Source of the DNA: Geobacter metallireducens GS-15 | GTDB taxonomy: Bacteria; Desulfobacterota; Desulfuromonadia; Geobacterales; Geobacteraceae | Assembly: GCF_000012925.1 (NCBI RefSeq) | Contig: NC_007517.1 | Coordinates: forward strand, 3,570,001-3,602,000 | DNA length: 32,000 nucleotides | Direction of reading: 5' to 3' | In this document: one piece after another, positions 15,511-21,279 of the stretch | Layout: every line of letters starts with the position of its first letter | Numbering within the stretch: the stretch's first letter is position 1 | The notes under the pieces: model-generated | Database searches by the model: none | Told to the model about the DNA's origin: nothing | Seen by the model: the letters and a program-made list of their open reading frames with translations, nothing else | Translations under genes and position numbers: made by a program

Positions 15511-15519
15511 GGGGACAAA
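15511..15519. repeat. right copy of the 9-bp target-site duplication GGGGACAAA
   Basis: See 14188-14196. Confidence 0.8.
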
Positions 15520-15557
15520 AGCAAAAAGCCCCCGAGCAGTCAAAAAACGGGTATTTT

Positions 15558-15599
15558 TTGACATTGGTCATGACAAGGTCCACCTGCTTGACCTATGAT
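15558..15599 (+). promoter_or_regulatory. candidate CRP/FNR-type operator (TTGAC-N4-GTCAT) overlapping a sigma70 promoter (ATGACA-18-TATGAT)
   Basis: TTGACattgGTCAT is at 15558-15571 and TATGAT at 15594-15599. The site centre (15564.5) is about 41.5 nt upstream of a TSS predicted near 15606, which is the first plausible ATG. That implies a leaderless or near-leaderless mRNA. Motif-level inference only. Confidence 0.3.
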
Positions 15600-15605
15600 G
15601 ACCCC

Positions 15606-15962
15606 ATGGAAACGTTCTCAAACAAACAATTGAAGGATGTGAAGGTACTCGTCGACTTTGTCAGGGTCTACTGTCACGCCTGCCACGACCGTTCCCTCCG
15701 CGCCCCCTTTGACCTGCCTCCGGAGCTGCAGCGCCGCTACTCCAGGGGAGTGGAGCTCTGCCCCGAATGCGCCGCCCTCCTTGCCCACGGCATCCAGAAA
15801 CGCCGCAAGTGCCCCCTGGACCCGAAGCCCTCATGCAAGAGCTGCCGCATCCACTGCTACAGCAAGGAGTACCGGGCAAAGATCCGGGAGGTCATGGGCT
15901 TTTCGGGGAAACGGATGATCATGCGGGGCCGACTCGATTACCTCCTGCATTTCCTTTTCTGA
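15606..15962 (+). CDS. nitrous-oxide-stimulated-promoter (YgbA-like) family Cys-rich protein
   Basis: METFSNKQLKDVKVLVDFVRVYCHACH...CPECAALLAHGIQKRRKCPLDPKPSCKSCRIHCY shows the Cys pattern I associate with the YgbA/NO-stimulated-promoter family. Start chosen at the ATG at 15606; the track start at 15558 is a TTG inside the putative operator. Confidence 0.7.
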   Translation: METFSNKQLKDVKVLVDFVRVYCHACHDRSLRAPFDLPPELQRRYSRGVELCPECAALLAHGIQKRRKCPLDPKPSCKSCRIHCYSKEYRAKIREVMGFSGKRMIMRGRLDYLLHFLF

Positions 15963-16013
15963 ACCGAACCAACGACACGACGAGAAACATAAGGTGTAAA
16001 GGAGATATCTGCC

Positions 16014-16727
16014 ATGATCAGGAAAATCGTACAGATCGACGAAGAGAAGTGCAACGGCTGCGGCCTCTGCGTCCCCGCCTGCGCCGAGGGGGCCATCAAA
16101 ATCGTGAACGGTAAGGCGGTCCTTGCCGCCGACAACCTCTGCGACGGACTCGGGGCCTGCCTCGGGGACTGCCCCCAGGACGCCATCCGGATCATTGAGC
16201 GGGAAGCGGACGAATTCGACGAGGCTGCGGTGGACGAGCACCTGAAGGGGACGGGCCCGCAGCCCCACGGGCACCATGCCGGCGGCTGTCCCGGCTCCCG
16301 GGCCATGGCTTTTGCTCCCTCCCACCCCGCCGGCGAACAATCCGCAGGGGGGAAGATCGCCAGCCGGCTGCGCCAGTGGCCCGTGCAGCTCCACCTGGTC
16401 CCCACCACGGCCCCCTACTTCCAGGACGCCGACCTCCTCATCGCCGCCGACTGCGTCGCCTTCGCCCATGGCGACTTCCACCGGGAATTCCTGGAGGGGA
16501 AAGCCCTCGTCATGGGCTGCCCCAAGCTGGATGACAACAACGCCTATCTCCAGAAGCTGACCGAGCTCTTCCGGGTCTCCTCCATCAGGAGCATCACGGT
16601 CCTGCGGATGGAAGTCCCCTGCTGCGGCGGCATCGTCATGGCGGCCCGACAGGCCCTGACCGCCAGCGGAAAAAATATCCCCTTCCGGGAGGTGACCATC
16701 GGCATCCAGGGGGATGTAAAGGGATAA
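16014..16727 (+). CDS. 2x[4Fe-4S] ferredoxin-domain protein with a Cys-containing C-terminal domain
   Basis: AAGGAG lies 8 nt upstream of the ATG. The N-terminus has CNGCGLCVPAC...CDGLGACLGDCP (two ferredoxin-type cluster motifs). The C-terminal part has CVAFAHGDF, MGCPKLDD and EVPCCGG. Confidence 0.8.
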   Translation: MIRKIVQIDEEKCNGCGLCVPACAEGAIKIVNGKAVLAADNLCDGLGACLGDCPQDAIRIIEREADEFDEAAVDEHLKGTGPQPHGHHAGGCPGSRAMAFAPSHPAGEQSAGGKIASRLRQWPVQLHLVPTTAPYFQDADLLIAADCVAFAHGDFHREFLEGKALVMGCPKLDDNNAYLQKLTELFRVSSIRSITVLRMEVPCCGGIVMAARQALTASGKNIPFREVTIGIQGDVKG

Positions 16728-16770
16728 ATTCATCACACAGGACAAACAGGATTCTTTTTGTCTTTTTCCA

Positions 16771-16799
16771 TTGACAAGGGGCACTGCGGCTGGTATCTC
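16771..16799 (+). promoter_or_regulatory. candidate sigma70 promoter for the peroxiredoxin gene (TTGACA-17-TATCTC)
   Basis: TTGACA at 16771-16776, a 17-nt spacer, TATCTC at 16794-16799, about 50 nt upstream of the ATG at 16850. Motif match only. Confidence 0.3.
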
Positions 16800-16849
16800 T
16801 TTCACTGTCATTGCATTCACACTCGCCGTACGAAAGGAGAGACCATTCC

Positions 16850-17455
16850 ATGTGCATGTGTACCCTCGTCACCAAAGAGGCCCCTGATTTCGCAGCCGAC
16901 GCTGTCCTGCCCGACAACACCTTCGCCACCATCAAGCTGTCGAGCTTTCGTGGGAAATACGTGATCCTCTTCTTCTATCCCCTGGACTTCACCTTTGTCT
17001 GCCCCTCGGAAATCCTCGCCTTCAACAAAAAGCTGGACCAGTTCAAGGCCAAAAACTGCGAGGTCATCGGCGTCTCCGTGGATTCGAAGTTCACCCACCT
17101 GGCCTGGAAAAACACGAAGGTGGAAGATGGCGGCATCGGCAACATCCAGTACCCCCTGGTGTCAGACCTGAAGAAGGAGATCGCCACCCAGTTCGGCGTT
17201 CTCTTCGAGAACGGCGGCGTCGCCCTTCGGGGACTCTTTCTCATCGATACCAAGGGGATCGTCCGCCACGCTGTCATCAACGACCTCCCCTTGGGTCGGA
17301 GCGTTGACGAGGCCCTGCGGATGCTGGACGCCCTCCAGTTCGTGGAAACCCACGGCGACCAGGTCTGCCCTGCCAACTGGCGGGAGGGTGACGAGGCCAT
17401 GAAGCCCACGGCCGCCGGCGTTGCCGACTACCTGGCGAAGCATGCCGCAGGGTAG
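16850..17455 (+). CDS. typical 2-Cys peroxiredoxin (AhpC/Prx1 subfamily)
   Basis: Start at MCMCTLVTKEAPDF (AAGGAGAG 8 nt upstream). The peroxidatic Cys is in DFTFVCPSEI and the resolving Cys in VCPANW. 201 aa. Confidence 0.95.
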   Translation: MCMCTLVTKEAPDFAADAVLPDNTFATIKLSSFRGKYVILFFYPLDFTFVCPSEILAFNKKLDQFKAKNCEVIGVSVDSKFTHLAWKNTKVEDGGIGNIQYPLVSDLKKEIATQFGVLFENGGVALRGLFLIDTKGIVRHAVINDLPLGRSVDEALRMLDALQFVETHGDQVCPANWREGDEAMKPTAAGVADYLAKHAAG

Positions 17456-17476
17456 CTGCCTCCACGCAGCGAAATG

Positions 17477-17511
17477 AAAGGCACGGTCCGGCGACCGTGC
17501 CTTTTCTGTTT
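17477..17511 (+). terminator. intrinsic terminator after the peroxiredoxin gene
   Basis: aaaggcacggtc (17477-17488), loop cggc, gaccgtgccttt (17493-17504), then ttttctgttt. It lies inside the 5' extension of track ORF 17474-19759. Confidence 0.85.
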
Positions 17512-17524
17512 CTCCGAGGATTCC

Positions 17525-19759
17525 ATGGCCGAGCCCCGCCTCACCGAAAGCCCCCTCCTCTCCGGCGCCGATCCCACGGAAGGGATCGTTGCCGCCGAAC
17601 TGGCGGGACGGTTCATCCGCCTCTTCATCCGCACGCCTGGCGGCGTCATCTTCAGGGACACCCCCTTCCGCCCCTTCATCCTCCTGGAGGACCGGGCACT
17701 TTTGGGCGGCTTCCGGAGCGACGTCGAGACCCGCCCCCTGGCCGGCCCCGGCGCCTTCCGTTACCTGGCCCTCTTCGCCGATTGGTCCGAATGCCTCGCC
17801 GCCCGGGATTTCCTGGCGAAGCGGACCGGCCATACCCCCTCCGCCCCCGACGCTCCCTACCTCTTTCTCTCGGACCCGGTGCACCAACACCTCCTCCTCG
17901 CCGGCACCACCTTCTTCAAAGGGCTGGAATTCAATGCGCTGCGCCGCCTGGCCCTGGATATCGAGACCGCCTGCGCCGAGGGGTTCGAGTTCTCCAACCC
18001 GGCGCGGGAGGAGGACCGCATCCTTTCCATCGCCGTCATGGAGGAAGGGGGCTATGAGGAGTACCTGTCGGCCCATGCACTCTCCGAGCGGGAGATGCTG
18101 GAACGGCTCACCGCCATCATCCGGGAGCGGGATCCGGACGTAATCGAAGGGCACAACCTCTTCCGCTTTGACCTCGAATACATCAGGGCCCGGGCGGCCC
18201 GGCACGGGGTCAGGCTCCGTTGGGGGCGCGACGGGAGCGAGCCCCGGGTCCACCCTTCCCGGTTCGCCGTGGCGGAGCGGACCATCGACTATCCCCGCTG
18301 GAACATTTACGGCCGCTCGGTCATGGACACCTACTTCCTCCTTCAAATCTATGACGTCTCCAGCCGGGAACTGGAGAGCCACGGCCTCAAGCAGGCGGCT
18401 ATCCACTTCGGCCTCGCCTCACCCGACCGGGTCTACCTGGACCGTCAGGCCATGGACGAGGTCTTCCGCAGCGACCCGGAGGCGCTCAGGCGCTACAATC
18501 TGGACGACGTGCGGGAGACCCTTGCCCTGTCGCGGCTCCTCTCCTACCCCTGGTTCCTTCAGGCCCGCATCTTTCCCTACTCCTACCAGACCTGCGTCAT
18601 CCGGGGGAACGCCACGCGGATCAACGCTCTCTTCCTGCGGGAATACCTGCGGCAGGGCGCTGCGGTCCCGAAACCTGCCGGATCCGTGGGGACCTTCGAG
18701 GGTGGGTACGCCGCCGTCTTCGAGACCGGCGTTCTCGGCCCCATCGTCCACTGCGACGTGGCCTCCCTCTACCCCTCCATCATGCTTGCTTACGGCCTAG
18801 ACCCCCGACGGGAGCACCTGGGGCTCTTCCTGCCGCTCCTGGCGCAGTTGCGGCAGTTTCGCCTCGCCGCCAAGGAGCGGGCACGGGAGGCGGCGCTCCC
18901 CCACGAGCGAGACTACTTCAACGCCCTCCAGCAGACCTTCAAGGTGCTCATCAACTCCTTCTACGGCTACCTGGGAACCACCATCCACACCTTCTCCGAC
19001 CCGGGGGTGGCCGCCGAGGTGACCCGCCGGGGGCGAGAGCTGATCCAGGACATGATCGAATGGCTTCGCCGGCACGGGGCTCGTCCCGTGGAAGTGGACA
19101 CCGACGGCATCTACTTCATCCCTCCGCAGGGGATAGAAACCATCGGGCAGGAGGAGGCCCTTGTCCGGGAGCTCTCCGCAACCCTCCCGGAAGGGATTGC
19201 CGTGGAGATGGACGGCCGGTACCGCGCCATCTTCTCCTACAAGATAAAGAACTACGCCCTCCTGGACCACGACGGGAAGGTAATTGTCAGGGGAAGCGCC
19301 CTCCGCTCCCGGGGGATAGAACGGTACCTGCGGGACTTCATGGCAGCGGCGGTCCGGCTCCTGCTACAGGGCGACGGGGCAAAAATCCCGGCGTTCCACG
19401 AGGACTGCATCCGGCGCCTGCGGAACCACCTCATCCCCATCGAGAGCCTCGCCCGCACCGAAACCCTCGGTGAAGCGCCGCCCACCTATCTCCAGAAGGT
19501 CCGCCAAGGGAAGCGGAACCCGTCGGCGGCATTCGAGATAGCCCTGCGCGCCGAGCGCCCCTTCCGGGCCGGCGACCAGATCAGCTACTACGTAACGGGA
19601 CACGGAAAAGGGGTGACCGTCTACGAAAACTGCAAGCCGGTCTCCCAGTACGATCCAACCCGGCCCGATGAAAATACGGAATTCTATCTCGACAAGCTCA
19701 ACCAGCTCGTGAAAAGGCTTGCCGCCTACCTGCCGAAGGAGCCCACCCTCTTTGACTGA
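17525..19759 (+). CDS. polB: family B DNA polymerase (Pol II-like) with intact 3'-5' exonuclease motifs
   Basis: Start at MAEPRL (the ATG at 17525, downstream of the terminator). Exonuclease motifs are LALDIETAC, GHNLFRFDLEYI and YNLDDVRET. Polymerase motifs are DVASLYPSIM (A), KVLINSFYGYLG (B) and VEVDTDGIYF (C). Confidence 0.9.
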   Translation: MAEPRLTESPLLSGADPTEGIVAAELAGRFIRLFIRTPGGVIFRDTPFRPFILLEDRALLGGFRSDVETRPLAGPGAFRYLALFADWSECLAARDFLAKRTGHTPSAPDAPYLFLSDPVHQHLLLAGTTFFKGLEFNALRRLALDIETACAEGFEFSNPAREEDRILSIAVMEEGGYEEYLSAHALSEREMLERLTAIIRERDPDVIEGHNLFRFDLEYIRARAARHGVRLRWGRDGSEPRVHPSRFAVAERTIDYPRWNIYGRSVMDTYFLLQIYDVSSRELESHGLKQAAIHFGLASPDRVYLDRQAMDEVFRSDPEALRRYNLDDVRETLALSRLLSYPWFLQARIFPYSYQTCVIRGNATRINALFLREYLRQGAAVPKPAGSVGTFEGGYAAVFETGVLGPIVHCDVASLYPSIMLAYGLDPRREHLGLFLPLLAQLRQFRLAAKERAREAALPHERDYFNALQQTFKVLINSFYGYLGTTIHTFSDPGVAAEVTRRGRELIQDMIEWLRRHGARPVEVDTDGIYFIPPQGIETIGQEEALVRELSATLPEGIAVEMDGRYRAIFSYKIKNYALLDHDGKVIVRGSALRSRGIERYLRDFMAAAVRLLLQGDGAKIPAFHEDCIRRLRNHLIPIESLARTETLGEAPPTYLQKVRQGKRNPSAAFEIALRAERPFRAGDQISYYVTGHGKGVTVYENCKPVSQYDPTRPDENTEFYLDKLNQLVKRLAAYLPKEPTLFD

Positions 19760-19835
19760 GGCCGCTTGCCACCTGTCGGCAAGTGTGCTACAAGGGGTAA
19801 GAAACTCCCATCACATGCCGGCAAAAGGAGAATAT

Positions 19836-20252
19836 ATGCGTTCTTTCGCATGGTTTCTTGCCCTGACGCTGACCCTTTCCTGCTCAACCCCCCTCTTTGC
19901 CCAGGACGAACCGAAACCGGAATTCGTCGTGGAAAAAATGGCCTTCAAACTGGCCCGCGGCGTGACCAATTTTGCAACGGCTATCGTGGAACTTCCCAAG
20001 CAGTCGTACCTGAGCGTCCGTGACCGGGGCAACGTGGGTTACGTCATCGGCCCCCTCAAGGGAGTCGGCATGACCCTCTACCGGGCCTTCATCGGCGCCA
20101 CCGAGGCAGTCTTTTTCCCCGTCCCCCAGCCGGGATATTACGACCCCATGATCGAACCCGACTTCGTATGGAAAGGATGGGAGCCGCCCCAGCGCGCGAC
20201 TGTGGAGGAAGGTGACATGACGATGGAGACAGAGTCGGGAGAGGGGCAATGA
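19836..20252 (+). CDS. secreted small protein, exosortase-system-associated (TIGR04073-like) family, paralog 1 with an acidic C-terminal tail
   Basis: AAGGAG is 6 nt upstream. The signal peptide is MRSFAWFLALTLTLSCSTPLFA. The core is KMAFKLARGVTNFATAIVELPKQ...GPLKGVGMTLYRAFIGATEAVFFPVPQPGYYDPMIEPDFVW. The family call rests on my recollection of the TIGR04073 consensus. Confidence 0.6.
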   Translation: MRSFAWFLALTLTLSCSTPLFAQDEPKPEFVVEKMAFKLARGVTNFATAIVELPKQSYLSVRDRGNVGYVIGPLKGVGMTLYRAFIGATEAVFFPVPQPGYYDPMIEPDFVWKGWEPPQRATVEEGDMTMETESGEGQ

Positions 20253-20626
20253 AACCGGGACGCCTGATTACCGGAGCAGCCCTCGCCTGCCTGCTCGTTT
20301 GTGGGCAGCACCAACGGGTCCATGCCGAAAGCATAACCTCGGTCGAAGACGCCTCGGCCCAGGAGGTGGTTGACGGCATGGCCAACAAGTTCGCCCGGGG
20401 GGTAGCCAACACGGCGACCGGCTGGCTGGAGTTTCCAAAGCAGATTTATGTCACCTGGCAGGAAGAGGGGCCGGCAAAGGGATTGACCGTCGGCCCCCTG
20501 AAGGGGGTGGGAATGACTGTGGCGAGGACCCTGGCCGGTGCGGGGGAAGCGGTGACGTTCTTTATCTCCTGGCCCGGCTTCTTCGACGCCTACATGGACC
20601 CAGCCTACGTTTGGGAAAAGGAGTAG
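20249..20626 (+). CDS. secreted small protein, TIGR04073-like family, paralog 2
   Basis: ATGA start/stop overlap with paralog 1. It has an N-terminal hydrophobic signal. The core MANKFARGVANTATGWLEFPKQ...GPLKGVGMTVARTLAGAGEAVTFFISWPGFFDAYMDPAYVW is colinear with paralog 1. Confidence 0.6.
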   Translation: MKPGRLITGAALACLLVCGQHQRVHAESITSVEDASAQEVVDGMANKFARGVANTATGWLEFPKQIYVTWQEEGPAKGLTVGPLKGVGMTVARTLAGAGEAVTFFISWPGFFDAYMDPAYVWEKE

Positions 20627-20664
20627 TCCAAGGACGGTACATCAGGCCGACACTCATTAGGCAC

Positions 20665-20697
20665 AAAAAAAGCCGCATCCAAAGATGCGGCTTTTTT
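20665..20697. terminator. bidirectional intrinsic terminator between convergent genes
   Basis: The sequence is aaaaaaAGCCGCATCcaaaGATGCGGCTttttt: a 9-bp perfect stem (20671-20679 / 20684-20692) flanked by an A-run and a T-run. Confidence 0.85.
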
Positions 20698-20715
20698 ACG
20701 TCCTTAGGGGACTTA

Positions 20716-20964
20716 TTACTTCGCAGCCGGAGCAGCCGGGGCCTCAGCAGGCTTGGCTTCTTCTTTCTTCACGGCTTTCTTGGCCTTCTTGGCTTTCTTG
20801 GCCTTCTTGGCAGCCGGCTTCTTCTCTTCTTTCTTCACTTCAGCAGCCGGAGCAGCCGGAGCGGCAGCCGGAGCAGCTTCTTTCTTCGGCTCGGCAGCGA
20901 AAACAGCACCGGCGAAGGCAACGGCAACAAGAGCAGCAACGATCGAGGAAACAACTTTCTTCAT
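20716..20964 (-). CDS. secreted low-complexity Lys/Ala/Pro-rich (polycationic) 82-aa protein
   Basis: MKKVVSSIVAALVAVAFAGAVFA|AEPKKEAAPAAAPAAPAAEVKKEEKKPAAKKAKKAKKAKKAVKKEEAKPAEAPAAPAAK. GGAGG is 7 nt upstream of the ATG (comp. 20962-20964). It has a clear Sec signal with an AxA-like cleavage site. The track ORF start at 21111 is an over-extension. Confidence 0.7.
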   Translation of the reverse strand: MKKVVSSIVAALVAVAFAGAVFAAEPKKEAAPAAAPAAPAAEVKKEEKKPAAKKAKKAKKAKKAVKKEEAKPAEAPAAPAAK

Positions 20965-21000
20965 TACAACACCTCCAAAGGATATTTTGTCGTATCCTTG

Positions 21001-21016
21001 AGCAGGGAACGTGCCA
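21001..21016 (-). promoter_or_regulatory. sigma54 (-24/-12) promoter for the Lys/Ala-rich protein gene
   Basis: The minus strand reads TGGCACGttccCTGCT against the consensus TGGCACG-N4-TTGCW. GG and GC have the correct spacing, and the -12 element is about 37 nt upstream of the ATG. Confidence 0.6.
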
Positions 21017-21104
21017 CTTCTCAAGAATACCTTCAACTCACTGAAATAACACCATTGCAAACCCAGACGACCTCGATCAGGGGAAGGAAATAGATCGCAA
21101 CATA

Positions 21105-21196
21105 ACCGCATATGCTCCGAAGACTACCGCATATAAGGCACCAGGATTTACCGCCGGGAATGGAACGGCCAAGGCAAACCATGGTCTTTTGCCTTG
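21105..21196. promoter_or_regulatory. candidate upstream activator sites: direct repeat ACCGCATAT x2 (21 bp apart) and a 9-bp perfect inverted repeat
   Basis: ACCGCATAT occurs at 21105-21113 and 21126-21134, about 90-120 bp upstream of the sigma54 promoter in the minus-strand sense. CAAGGCAAA (21170-21178) and TTTGCCTTG (21188-21196) are separated by a 9-nt spacer. The function is inferred from position only. Confidence 0.3.
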
Positions 21197-21279
21197 CCAA
21201 ATCACGACTAATTCACTAAATTTGAATATTTAACCTGTATGGCATCCCTCTGTCGTCCCTCACACGGAGAACCCAACTA

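Noticed and set aside
17474-17524. 5' extension of the polB ORF
   Set aside because: It contains the peroxiredoxin intrinsic terminator hairpin (17477-17511). The ATG at 17525 is the first start downstream of it.
19763-19783. Small hairpin CTTGCCacctgtcGGCAAG just after the polB stop as a terminator
   Set aside because: It has only a 6-bp stem and no U-tract, so it is too weak to call. It is possibly a read-through junction into the TIGR04073-like genes.
20611-21093. + strand ORFs 20611-21093, 20685-21044 and 20753-21001 across the Lys/Ala-rich gene
   Set aside because: They are low-complexity reverse frames of the repeat-rich minus-strand gene. The minus-strand ORF is the one with a GGAGG RBS, a canonical signal peptide, a sigma54 promoter and a terminator.
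21240-21254. sigma54-like TGGCATccctcTGTC upstream of the radical SAM gene
   Set aside because: The -12 element lacks the invariant GC (TGTC instead of TTGC), so this is probably a chance match.
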